The notes beneath the pieces were generated by a model. The model did not search any database, had not been told where the DNA came from, and saw only the letters and a list, made by a program, of their open reading frames with translations. A DNA stretch of 64,000 nt from Candidatus Eiseniibacteriota bacterium (GTDB lineage Bacteria; Eisenbacteria; RBG-16-71-46; JABDJR01). Every line of letters starts with the position of its first letter. The stretch's first letter is position 1. Position numbers and translations under genes: made by a program. Positions 19,537 to 29,363 of the stretch are shown one piece after another. The DNA lies in contig CAWANH010000029.1 of NCBI GenBank assembly GCA_963783375.1, forward strand, positions 256,001-320,000, in the 5' to 3' direction.

Positions 19537-20888
19537 GTGTTGACCGTCATCCTCGGCCTTCTCGTGTTCAGCGTGCTGGTCATCTTCCACGAGGCCGGCC
19601 ACTTCGTCGTGGCCCGCTGGATGGGCATCCGGGTCGAGCGATTCTCCATCGGGTTCGGTCCGGTGGTGCTCTCGCGGGTCTGGGGAGGCGTCCAGTACGC
19701 GATCTCCGCGTTTCCCCTCGGCGGGTACGTGAAGATGGGGGGGATGATCCGCGTGAGCGCGAAGCTCTCCAGCCGGGGGACTTCTTCGCCGCGTCCTGGT
19801 GGCGGCGCGTCCTGGTGGCGTTCGCGGGGCCCGGCGCCAACTTCGTCCTGGCGGTGCTCCTCAGCATCGTGCTCCTCTGGGTGGGGATCGGCTACCCGGA
19901 CGCCCCCAACGTCGTGGGGGGGGTCAAGGCGGGGACCATCGCCGACAGCCTGGGCTTCGCCGCGGGGGACCGGGTCACCGCGGTGGATGGAGTGCCGGTG
20001 AGTTCACGCGTGGATTTCGGGGTGAAGCTGGACCACCGGTTGAAGGCCGACCGGTCCCCGGGGAGCGAGGCGCCCCTGGCGCTTTCCGTTGAGCGGAACG
20101 GGGACGTCATCCGGATCGATGTCCCGCGGTCGCGGGTCGGGGACCTGCTCGGATCGCTCGAATTTCCCATCCCCGCCGAGGTGGGCGAGGTCGTGCCGGG
20201 GATGCCCGCATACAAGTCGGGCCTCCAGGTGGGGGACAGGATCCTCGCCGTCGACGGGAAGCCGGTGACCAACTGGTCCGACATGACCGAGGGGATCATC
20301 GGAAACCCCGGCCGGGAGATCACCCTCACCATCGAGCGCGACGGGCGCACCGTGCAGCTTCCCATCACCCCGGATGCCGAGACGGTGGACGGAAAGGCGG
20401 TGGGAAGAATCGGCATCGGCGCCAAGAGCCTGGGTCGGTACGTGGAGCGGTTCGGCTTCATGGAGGGAATCGTGCAGGGACCGGGCCTCGCGGTGTCCGC
20501 GGTGTGGGGCACGGCGCAGGGCATCGCATCGCTCTTCTCCAGCTTCTCCAAGCTGCAGCAGATCAGCGGCCCGGTGGCCATCATCCAGGCTTCGGGTGAC
20601 GCGGCCAAAGCCGGATGGGACCGCCTCCTGAACCTCGGGGTGATCCTGTCGGTGGCCCTCATGGTCTTCAATCTCCTACCCATCCCGATCCTGGACGGCG
20701 GCATGGTGCTCCTGGCCGTGCTGGAAGCGGTGCGGCGGCGACCCCTCGGGGAGAAAGGGCTGGCCATATACCAGGGGGTCGGCATGGCCGTCCTCGGGAC
20801 CATTCTCATCTTCGTCCTCATCAACGACCCGCTCCGTATTCTTCAGCGGCACAACGCGCTGGGACGGATCGGCGATCTCGCTCCGTAA
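19537..20888 (+). CDS. rseP: RIP metalloprotease RseP (site-2 protease, two PDZ domains); frameshifted at G-run 19737-19743 (likely sequence error)
   Basis: HEAGH and FSIGFGP...PLGGYVKM in the first frame; AGP.ANF, PDZ repeats, [18 protein letters not shown] in the second. One added G restores [28 protein letters not shown]. Confidence 0.9.
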
Positions 20889-20906
20889 GCCGCCGGAGCC
20901 CCCGGA

Positions 20907-22853
20907 TTGAGGCGCCCGCTCGCAGTCCTCGCGCTCGCCCTCCTCGGGATCTGGGGGTGTGGTCGTGCCCAGAGCGGCCTGCTTCTCCTGGAGAAGCTTC
21001 CCGACATCGCTTCCATCACCATCGACGGGAACCATGTCTTCGACGATGGAACCCTGAAGGGGCTCATGACCCTCCGAGCCGGGCACTGGTGGAATCCGTT
21101 CGGGGACCACAAGTTCCGGAAGGCCCAGCTCGACACCGACGTCCAGGCCATCCTCACCTACTACATGCGTCACGGCTATCTCCGGGCCCGGCTGGTGGAC
21201 CGGGAATTGCGTCGTGACGGGGATGAGATCCACATCACCCTGACCTTCGAGGAGGGGCAGCCGGTGGTGGTGGACGAGGTGGTGATCCGGGGGGCGCGGG
21301 CGCTGAATCCCAACGACCTCCGGAAGAAGCTGGCCATCAATCCGGACCATCCCATGGATCCCTTCAAGCTGGAGAACGACCGGCGGCTGATCCTGCGCAC
21401 CCTGGCCGATCAGGGATACTGGGAAGCGTCGGTGGACGCCAACGTGCAGTTCTTCGGAAACCAGGCCCTGGTGTTCTACGTTCTGGACGAGGGGGACCCG
21501 GTCACCGTACGCGAACTCACGGTTCAGGGCACCAAAGAGGTGCCGAAACGGCTGGCCTACCGGGAGATCTCGGTCAAGGAAGGCGGGCGCCTGGAGCTGG
21601 ATGACCTGGTCAAGAGCCAGACCCGCCTCCTTCAGAGCGGATACTTCGCCGACGCCCAGTGGGACACCACGGGCCTCGACACCACCGCCAACGACATCGG
21701 CGTCGATTTCCGGGTGCGCGAGCGGCGGCTTCACTGGGTGGAAACCGGAATCGGTGTGACCAGCCAGGAGCAGGTGCGATTCACCGGGGGATGGGGGTCG
21801 CGGAGCTTCGTGGGGACCGGGATGCGGTTCGCGGTGACCTCACGCACCGAGTTCGATTTCACCGGCCGGCTGCCCAGCGCGCTCGGCAACCACCGCACCG
21901 ACGTCCTCCTCAACCAGCCCCACCTGCTCGGCACCCGCTGGGAGGGCCAGCCCTCGGTCTACTACCTCTTCGACCGGGAGCACGTGGTTCTACCCGCCCT
22001 CGACTACGACTACTCCCAGCAGGTGGTGGATGCCGGGGTGAGCGCCCGCCGGGCGATCGGGAATCTCCGGAGCCAGATCGTCCTTTCGCTGGAGAATCGC
22101 TGGGTCTACAACAACGCCGACTCCGCGGCCCGCTACAGCGACCCCCAGCTCTTCCGGGACTTCTATCAGACCCGTCTTCTGACCGGGCGGGTGGAACGGG
22201 ACACCCGGAACGACTTCTTCAACCCCTCCCGCGGGGGGTACGAGAACCTGACCCTGGAATCCGCCGGCGGCGCTCTCGGGGGGAACAACGCGTTCCAGAA
22301 GGGCACGGGGAGCATCAGCCGCTACACCCCCGCCCCGGTGGACGGATGGGTACTGGCCGGCCGCCTCCAGCTCGGCTACATCCACCCCTCTTCCAACGCG
22401 ACCAGCGTGGCCGGGCGCCCCATCACCTCCCGGGTGGAGCTGATTCCTTCCGAGGACCGCTACCGGTTGGGAGGATCCAGCACGGTGCGGGGTTATCAGC
22501 TGGACGCCCTGACCGGGGTCTCCGGTCCCGACCAGCCCGCCGGGGGTCTGGTGGAGCTGCTGGGAAACGTGGAGGTCCGGATGCCGCTCTTCTGGCGGCT
22601 CTCCACCGTGACCTTCTTCGACGCCGGCAACGTGTGGCAGGACCGGGAAGAGCTCAAGTGGTCGCGGTTCGTTCCCCACGTCAACTCGGCGGAAGTGAAC
22701 CCGTTCGACGTTCGCTACAGCTACGGCCTCGGACTCCGCGTGGCCACCCCCGTGGGTCCCATCCGGGTGGACTACGCCCGCAAGTGGAACAGCCCGCTGA
22801 CCGTCGACGAAGGAAAGGGGAGATGGCATGTCGCCCTCGGACAGGCGTTCTAG
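20907..22853 (+). CDS. Omp85-family protein, TamA/TamL-like (about 3 POTRA domains, probable lipoprotein)
   Basis: Signal ending LLGIWG-C; POTRA-like segments (ITIDGN..F, Y...GY..A, F.EG.PV.V..V.I.G); VRGY, FFDAGNVW, G.GLR..TPVGPIRVDYA; ends ALGQAF; overlaps tamB. Confidence 0.88.
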   Translation: MRRPLAVLALALLGIWGCGRAQSGLLLLEKLPDIASITIDGNHVFDDGTLKGLMTLRAGHWWNPFGDHKFRKAQLDTDVQAILTYYMRHGYLRARLVDRELRRDGDEIHITLTFEEGQPVVVDEVVIRGARALNPNDLRKKLAINPDHPMDPFKLENDRRLILRTLADQGYWEASVDANVQFFGNQALVFYVLDEGDPVTVRELTVQGTKEVPKRLAYREISVKEGGRLELDDLVKSQTRLLQSGYFADAQWDTTGLDTTANDIGVDFRVRERRLHWVETGIGVTSQEQVRFTGGWGSRSFVGTGMRFAVTSRTEFDFTGRLPSALGNHRTDVLLNQPHLLGTRWEGQPSVYYLFDREHVVLPALDYDYSQQVVDAGVSARRAIGNLRSQIVLSLENRWVYNNADSAARYSDPQLFRDFYQTRLLTGRVERDTRNDFFNPSRGGYENLTLESAGGALGGNNAFQKGTGSISRYTPAPVDGWVLAGRLQLGYIHPSSNATSVAGRPITSRVELIPSEDRYRLGGSSTVRGYQLDALTGVSGPDQPAGGLVELLGNVEVRMPLFWRLSTVTFFDAGNVWQDREELKWSRFVPHVNSAEVNPFDVRYSYGLGLRVATPVGPIRVDYARKWNSPLTVDEGKGRWHVALGQAF

Positions 22854-25800
22854 GCGCCGCGCCGTCCTCCACGGGTCCTTCAAGTGGACCGGCCGCGCGG
22901 TGGCCGCCCTGATCCTGCTCGTGGTCCTGATCGCGGCGGCGGCGACGTTCATATGGGCGACTCAGGGGAAGTTCATCGCCGGCAAGGCGGCCGGATTCGT
23001 GAACCGCACCCTGCTAGGAGAGGACAGTCGGCTGATCATCGGCGACGTCACGGGGGTGCCGTTCCGCCACCTCGTCCTGGACGAGGTGCGCCTGGAGCGG
23101 AAGGGGGCCGAAGGATGGTTCCCCTTCCTGAGCGCGCACCGGATCGCGGTGAGCTACGACCTGTGGGGGATCCTCCACGGCCAGTACAGCGCGTCCCGGC
23201 TGGAAGCGGACAGCCTCCGGGTCGACCTCCGGCGAACCCCGGACCAGGGCTATCTCCTGCCCGGGGGGAGGTCCGGTGGGGAGAAGTCGCGCGGGGGCGG
23301 GCTGCCCGCGTTCAAGGTGGGGAACCTGGTCCTTCGCGGCGGATCGCTCCGGGTGGATCTCCCCTGGCGGACCCTGCAGATGGATTCGGTGGGCGCCACC
23401 GTGTCGGTGGAGTCGGGAAAGCGGGGGCTGAACATCAGGGTGGACAATCTGACCGGGGATCTCGGGGGCGAGTTGGGACGTCTGGACGTGGTGAAGGGCG
23501 GCTTCGTGGTCGGGGATACCCTGCGGATCGAGAAGCTGCGCGGCCTCTGGTCCGGTTCCCCCTTCTTCGTGGACGGCGTTCCCGGCGGGGAGCACACCGA
23601 CCTGGACCTCCGCTTCGGCGACTTCCCCCTCGCCCGCCTGGGGGCGCTCCTGGACCAGCCCAAGCTCGATCCCGGCGTCGTGGACACCCTGACCGCCCAT
23701 GTCGGCCGCTCCGCCGGCGCGCTCGACTTCACCTGGCGGGGGACGGGGAGATGGGGGGACTACCGGCTGACCGATTCCTCGGGGGAGGGCCGCCTCGGGG
23801 ACGAGGAGCTGGTGCTCGACAACCTCGAGGGCACGGTGAACGGGGCGGCTCTGAGCCATTTCCGGATCGGGATCCCGCTCCGCGACCCCGGGCTTACCCT
23901 GGCCGGCCGGTTCCGGAACGTCCGGCTGCAAAAGCTCGGGGTGGCGGCGCTGGCCAACTATCCGGGAACCCTGGACGGGGAGGGCCGGGTCGTCCTCACC
24001 GACCGTAACGACCCGGTGGCCGGATTCCGCGCCCGGCTCAACCTATCCGGGGCGCACTTCATGGAGATCCCCTTCCGGAACGCCCTCCTGGTGGCGCGGA
24101 GCGAAAACGGGTCCTTCAGCCTGGATTCGGTGCGGGTCGATCTCGCCCAGGCCTCGATCCGGGGCGGGGGGACGGTGGGCGACCGCGACCTGAGCCTGGG
24201 GTTCACCTACGACGGGGACCTGAAACCCTGGCGCCGGTTCCTCAAGCAGGAGGAGCTGTCCGGAAGCGGACTCCTGCACGTCCGGCTCACCGGTACCCGG
24301 ACCCATCCCTATCTGAGCGCCCAGGGGAAGCTCATCCACCTGCACGCGGCCCAGGTCGAGGCGCCGGTGGTGGAGCTGCACCGCGCGGAGGGGACCGCGG
24401 CCAACCCCCGGCACCTCGAGGTGGAGTTCCAGGCGCCCCAGGGTCTGACCGTGGCCGGTACGTTCTTCTCGAGCGCGGCGGGGAGCCTCACCGTGAACGA
24501 CAGTCTTCTGGTGGCGCGCTCCCTCATGCTCTCGCGCGGGGACACCACGGTGACGGTGGCGGGGACGGTGCGGTGGGAACCCTTCATCCGCGCGGAGATC
24601 GCCGAGGCCCGGGCCGAGCTCGACGGGCGCAGGTTCTGGGTCGACACCGGGAGTACGGTGATTTTCCGGGACAAGGTGCTCTCCACCCCGGGGGTCTACA
24701 TCCGCTCTCCCCGGGGCTCGGTGAAGGCGGAAGGGAGGTGGAACACCGCGTCCAACGCCATCGAAGGGCGGTTCACTCTCGAGGACCTCGATTTCTCGGT
24801 CTTCTTTCCCCCCCAGCACCCGCCCGCGGTCCGGGTGGGATCGGCCACCGGAGTCGTGGACCTCTCCGGCACCGCGCCGATTCTGGACGGGGACGCCCGC
24901 ATCACCCTCAGGGCGGTGGACTGGGATGGCGGCCATCTCGACAGCCTGCGCGCCGAGCTCAAGGTCTCGGATCGCGACATCCACGTGGAGCAGCTTCAGA
25001 CCGCCCTCGGCACCGGCCTGGTCCGGGTGTCGGGATCGGTGCGGCTTCCCAAGCCCCTGTATCAGACCCTCGAGGCGATGGCGGTGGGCCCGGAGATCGA
25101 CCCCGACAGCCTCACCTGGGACCTGACCGGTTCGGTCACCGGGGTGCGCCTCTTCGAGTGGCTGTCCTTCGTGCCCCGCCCGGACCGGCCGTCGGGACGG
25201 GCCGACGCCAGGTTGCGGTTGGGCGGCTCCGCCGCCGACCCCCGCATGCACCTGAGCGCCACCCTGCGGAAGCTGGTGTGGCGGAAGTTCGAGGCGGACA
25301 GCCTCGAGGCCCGGTTGACCTACGCCCGGGGCTCGGTGACCGTGGACACCCTGAGCACCTGGCAGGGCACCAAGCGCGTGGGGGTCACCGGGACGGCGCC
25401 CCTGGATCTCACCCTCTACCCGTTCTCCTATGAGCTTCCCGACCGACAGATGGACCTCCACGTGGACGCCAAGGAAGGGGACCTCAACAACCTCCGGCTC
25501 ACCCCGTGGATCGCCGAGGCGGAGGGTACCCTCGAGGCCCAGATACGGATCTTCGGCACGCCGGCCATGCCTCTCCTCGACGGGCGGGCCCGGGTGGTCG
25601 ACGCCACCATCCGCCCCACCGATCGGGACGAGGTGCTGACGAAGGTGACCGCGGACATCGAGTTCGACCGCGACCTGGTCACGGTGACGGACGCCCGCGC
25701 GGATATGGGAGGGGGCACGGTCACCGCCCAGGGCACCTACCGCCTTCATGCCAGTGAGACCGAGTCCTACGAGATGGTGGTGAACTTCGACAAGGCGGTG

Positions 25801-26778
25801 GTGCGTCAGGAGGGGACCTACGCCGCCCGGGTCTCCGGCAAGATCACCTTGAAGCCCATCCGCGCCTCGGACGGCCTGGTCTACCCCTATGCCGACGGCG
25901 ACATCTTCGTCCACCGGGCCGAGTACGCGGGGACCCTCCAGCCCCAGGACATCGGGCAGTTCAAACCCCAGCCCATTCTCTACAACGTGCGGCTGAACGC
26001 TCCCAACAAGGTGATCATCGTCACCGAGGACGTGAACGTGGAGCTCGGAGGCGAGGTCACGGTGCGCCAGGGGGTGGACTCGCGGTCGGTGCTGGGGGAG
26101 ATGGACATCCTTCACGGTACCTACCAGCTCTTCCTGGAGGACTTCCGCATCACCGACGGCAAGCTGACCTGGAACAACCCCTCCACCGTGCTCCCCCAGA
26201 TGGACGTGACCGCACAGACCCAGGTCGCGGGGTACATGATCGTGGTGCGCCTCACTGGCCCGGCCGATGAGCCTGTGATACAGTTCTCCGCTCAATCGCT
26301 GGAAACGGGGTCCGACGCGGGGCTGACCCAGAGCGAGATCATCCAGCTCCTGGCGGTGGGATCGCTGGGCCTCTCCCCGGGAACCGTGGGGATGAAGACC
26401 GGGGAGACCCAACCCAACGGTACCGGTCCCGGAGTGGAGCAGGGGGCCATCGGGCTGGCGGGGGGCCTCTTCGCCGGCCAGCTCGGACAGGAACTGGCGC
26501 GCCAGATCGGGATCGTGGATGAGCTGAAGTTCCAGACCGGTTTCGAGGAAGGGAAGTTCGGAGCCTCGGTAGAGGCGCGCAAGTGGCTCACCTCCGAGCT
26601 GTCCCTGGACTACCGGCAGGGTCTGAGCCGCAACTTCGACCAGGACATCGCGGTGGAGTATCGCCTCGGGCGCTCTCTGTTCCTCCGCGGCGAGGCCTTG
26701 CGGCGCCAGGGCACGACCCAGAATCCCGGGACCACCCAGGAGTACAACGTCGATCTCAAGGTGCGGCACGAATACTGA
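22828..26778 (+). CDS. tamB: Translocation/assembly module TamB (AsmA-like, DUF490 C-terminus)
   Basis: 1316 aa, single N-terminal TM anchor, long amphipathic beta-rich body (GS..DP...., GT...P.L.G repeats); C-terminal G.Y....F.I..G...W....P, L.QSEI..LL..G, K.L...L...Y; adjacent to Omp85. Confidence 0.85.
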   Translation: MSPSDRRSRRRAVLHGSFKWTGRAVAALILLVVLIAAAATFIWATQGKFIAGKAAGFVNRTLLGEDSRLIIGDVTGVPFRHLVLDEVRLERKGAEGWFPFLSAHRIAVSYDLWGILHGQYSASRLEADSLRVDLRRTPDQGYLLPGGRSGGEKSRGGGLPAFKVGNLVLRGGSLRVDLPWRTLQMDSVGATVSVESGKRGLNIRVDNLTGDLGGELGRLDVVKGGFVVGDTLRIEKLRGLWSGSPFFVDGVPGGEHTDLDLRFGDFPLARLGALLDQPKLDPGVVDTLTAHVGRSAGALDFTWRGTGRWGDYRLTDSSGEGRLGDEELVLDNLEGTVNGAALSHFRIGIPLRDPGLTLAGRFRNVRLQKLGVAALANYPGTLDGEGRVVLTDRNDPVAGFRARLNLSGAHFMEIPFRNALLVARSENGSFSLDSVRVDLAQASIRGGGTVGDRDLSLGFTYDGDLKPWRRFLKQEELSGSGLLHVRLTGTRTHPYLSAQGKLIHLHAAQVEAPVVELHRAEGTAANPRHLEVEFQAPQGLTVAGTFFSSAAGSLTVNDSLLVARSLMLSRGDTTVTVAGTVRWEPFIRAEIAEARAELDGRRFWVDTGSTVIFRDKVLSTPGVYIRSPRGSVKAEGRWNTASNAIEGRFTLEDLDFSVFFPPQHPPAVRVGSATGVVDLSGTAPILDGDARITLRAVDWDGGHLDSLRAELKVSDRDIHVEQLQTALGTGLVRVSGSVRLPKPLYQTLEAMAVGPEIDPDSLTWDLTGSVTGVRLFEWLSFVPRPDRPSGRADARLRLGGSAADPRMHLSATLRKLVWRKFEADSLEARLTYARGSVTVDTLSTWQGTKRVGVTGTAPLDLTLYPFSYELPDRQMDLHVDAKEGDLNNLRLTPWIAEAEGTLEAQIRIFGTPAMPLLDGRARVVDATIRPTDRDEVLTKVTADIEFDRDLVTVTDARADMGGGTVTAQGTYRLHASETESYEMVVNFDKAVVRQEGTYAARVSGKITLKPIRASDGLVYPYADGDIFVHRAEYAGTLQPQDIGQFKPQPILYNVRLNAPNKVIIVTEDVNVELGGEVTVRQGVDSRSVLGEMDILHGTYQLFLEDFRITDGKLTWNNPSTVLPQMDVTAQTQVAGYMIVVRLTGPADEPVIQFSAQSLETGSDAGLTQSEIIQLLAVGSLGLSPGTVGMKTGETQPNGTGPGVEQGAIGLAGGLFAGQLGQELARQIGIVDELKFQTGFEEGKFGASVEARKWLTSELSLDYRQGLSRNFDQDIAVEYRLGRSLFLRGEALRRQGTTQNPGTTQEYNVDLKVRHEY

Positions 26779-26856
26779 TCCGCGCGCCCCGGTCCCGTGC
26801 TCCATTCTCACGCCGGCGCTTCCGGCGACCACGTTGCGACCGAGGGGGATTCGTAC

Positions 26857-29025
26857 TTGAGCCTGATCGATGAACTGAACGAGCACCAGCGCGAGGCGGT
26901 CCTGGCCACCGAGGGACCGCTCCTGGTCCTGGCCGGGGCGGGAAGCGGGAAGACCCGGGTGCTGACCTACCGCATCGCCCATCTCATCCTCGGGATGGGA
27001 GTGGCCCCGCGCTCGATCCTCGCCTTCACCTTCACCAACAAGGCGGCGGGGGAGATGCGGGAACGGGTGGCAGGGCTCCTGGGAGGCTCCCCGCGCGACC
27101 TCTGGGTGGGGACCTTTCACTCCACCGGGGTCCGCATCCTCCGGCTCAAGGGGAAGGATCTCGGCATCGACCCCGGCTTCTCGATCTACGACACCGACGA
27201 CCAGGAGGCGCTGATCCGCCGGATCCTCAAGGATCTGGAGATGGCGGAGCGGGACCTCACCCCCAAGACGGTGCGCTCGGCGATCTCCTCGGCCAAGAAC
27301 GCCCTCATGACCCCGAAGGAGTTCGAGGACCGGGCGGAGAGCTTCCGCGACCAGAAGATCGCCCGGGTGTTCGCCGAGTACAAGAACCGGCTCCGCTCGG
27401 CCAACGCCCTGGATTTCGACGACCTGATCGGGGAGCCCATCCGCCTCTTCGAGGAACATCCCGAGGTCCGGGATCTCTTCGCGGAACGGTTCCGGTACGT
27501 CCTGGTGGACGAGTTCCAGGACACCAACCCGGCCCAGATGCGGCTCATCGAACAGCTGGCCTCGGCCCACGAGAACCTGTGCGTGGTCGGGGACGACGAC
27601 CAGTCCATCTACGGCTGGCGCGGGGCCGACGTCCGGAACATCCTCTCCTTCGAGAGGCTCTACCCCAAGGCCCGGGCGGTGCGCCTGGAGCAGAACTACC
27701 GGTCCACCGGGATCATCCTCGACGCGGCCAACGCGGTGGTGCGACACAACCGGGCGCGGAAGGAGAAGACCCTCTGGACCGATCGGGAGGGGGGGGATCT
27801 CCTGAACGTCACCGTGGTCGGGGACGCCGAGGAAGAGGCGGTCCGGGTGGTGGCCGCGGTGGCCGAGGAGGTGAACCGGAAGGGGGTGCCCCTGGCCGAG
27901 GTGGCCATCCTCTACCGCACCAACGCCCAGAGCCGGGCCCTGGAGACCGCCTTCCGGAACGCGGCCGTTCCCTACGAGCTGGTGGGGGGGACCGCGTTCT
28001 ACCAGCGCCGCGAGGTCAAGGATCTCCTGGCCTACCTCCGGCTCCTGGTGAACCCCGACGACGACGTGGCCTTCGCCCGGGTGGTGAACGTCCCCAAGCG
28101 GGGAATCGGCGCCACCTCCCTGGAGCGCCTGGCCGTCCACGCCTACCGGGAGGGGACGAGCCTGTACCGGTCCCTGGCCACCGTCGGGGAGGCGGGGGAG
28201 ATCCCGGGCGGGGCGCGGAAGAAGCTCGCCGAGTTCCACGATCTGATCGAGGAGTTCAAGGGGCGGGCCGCGGACCCGGTGGACGAGGTGTTGAAGGAAA
28301 TCGTGGAGCGGCTGGGCTACCTGGACTTCCTGGAGCACGACGACCCCGACACCGCCGGCGACCGCGCCGAGAACCTCGAAGAGCTGGTGGCCGGCGCCCG
28401 GCTGTTCGCGGAGCGGAGCGAGGGCGGGGACGTGTCCGCCTTCCTGAACGAGGTGGCCCTCCTCACCGACGTGGATCGCGTGGACGAGAAGGCGGAGAAG
28501 GTTCGTCTCATGACCATCCACAACGCCAAGGGACTGGAGTTCCGGGTGGTATGCGTGGCCGGGATGGAAGAGGGGCTCCTCCCCCACGTCTCCTCCCAGG
28601 ACGATGACGACGCCCTGGAGGAGGAGCGGCGGCTGTTCTACGTGGCGCTGACCCGGGCCAAGGACCGGGTCCATCTCTACTCGGCCATGAGCCGCCAGCG
28701 GTGGGGGGGAACCACCACCGCGCTCCTCTCGCGCTTCGTGGAAGAGATCCCCGAGGCTCTCATGCGCGTGGAAGAGCGTCCCCGGGCCTGGGGCGGCGTC
28801 TCCCGCGCCCGCCGCTACGAGCGGGACCGCGGAGTGGAGTATGCGGAGCCGGGGCCGCGGCGGAGCCTCGGGACCATTCTGCACCCCACCTTCGGCCGCG
28901 GGGACGTGATCGGCCAGGACGGGACCGGCCCCGACGCCCGTCTCACCGTGGTCTTCGCCGGAAACGTGAAGAAGCGGATCGTGGCCCGCTACGCCCAATG
29001 GGAGGAAAGCCATGTCGACTACTGA
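26857..29025 (+). CDS. pcrA: ATP-dependent DNA helicase PcrA/UvrD
   Basis: LN..Q.EAV, AGAGSGKT, FTNKAA.EM, VDEFQDTN, VGDDDQSIYGWRGA, LEQNYRST, MTIHNAKGLEF, EERRLFYVALTRA, C-terminal HP.FG.G domain. TTG start after GAGGGGG. Confidence 0.96.
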   Translation: MSLIDELNEHQREAVLATEGPLLVLAGAGSGKTRVLTYRIAHLILGMGVAPRSILAFTFTNKAAGEMRERVAGLLGGSPRDLWVGTFHSTGVRILRLKGKDLGIDPGFSIYDTDDQEALIRRILKDLEMAERDLTPKTVRSAISSAKNALMTPKEFEDRAESFRDQKIARVFAEYKNRLRSANALDFDDLIGEPIRLFEEHPEVRDLFAERFRYVLVDEFQDTNPAQMRLIEQLASAHENLCVVGDDDQSIYGWRGADVRNILSFERLYPKARAVRLEQNYRSTGIILDAANAVVRHNRARKEKTLWTDREGGDLLNVTVVGDAEEEAVRVVAAVAEEVNRKGVPLAEVAILYRTNAQSRALETAFRNAAVPYELVGGTAFYQRREVKDLLAYLRLLVNPDDDVAFARVVNVPKRGIGATSLERLAVHAYREGTSLYRSLATVGEAGEIPGGARKKLAEFHDLIEEFKGRAADPVDEVLKEIVERLGYLDFLEHDDPDTAGDRAENLEELVAGARLFAERSEGGDVSAFLNEVALLTDVDRVDEKAEKVRLMTIHNAKGLEFRVVCVAGMEEGLLPHVSSQDDDDALEEERRLFYVALTRAKDRVHLYSAMSRQRWGGTTTALLSRFVEEIPEALMRVEERPRAWGGVSRARRYERDRGVEYAEPGPRRSLGTILHPTFGRGDVIGQDGTGPDARLTVVFAGNVKKRIVARYAQWEESHVDY

Positions 29026-29063
29026 GCGGCGGAACCGGGGAGCGCCGGTTCCGGGAGTTCCCC

Positions 29064-29357
29064 GTGGCGGTCACTAGGAACGACGTCGACCGCGTGGCGC
29101 GGCTGGCCCACCTCGATCTCTCCGAGGACGAGGCGGCGGTGATGGAGCGGGACCTGAACGCCATCCTGGCCGTGGCGGAGCGGCTCTCCGCTCTGGACAC
29201 CCGGGGCATCGATCCCGCCGAGGGCTCCGGAGGCGAGGCAACCCCGCTCCGCGAGGACATCGAGCGGTCGTGGCTCTCGCCCGGCGAGGCCACCGCCGCC
29301 GCCCCCGAAGCGCGGGAGGGCCTGTTCGAGGTTCCCCCGGCCATCGGGACCGAGTAA
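29064..29357 (+). CDS. gatC: Asp/Glu-tRNA amidotransferase subunit C
   Basis: DV.RVARLA.L, L..IL, LRED, AP....G.F.VP; precedes gatA. Confidence 0.92.
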   Translation: MAVTRNDVDRVARLAHLDLSEDEAAVMERDLNAILAVAERLSALDTRGIDPAEGSGGEATPLREDIERSWLSPGEATAAAPEAREGLFEVPPAIGTE

Positions 29358-29363
29358 CCCGCG

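Noticed and set aside
24043-29013. 1656-aa antisense ORF, and similar long ones such as 3249-6158, 6218-8818, 36262-38553 and 48594-50840
   Set aside because: Shadow ORFs: they mirror clearly identified + strand genes, stops are rare at this GC, and they show no recognisable motifs.
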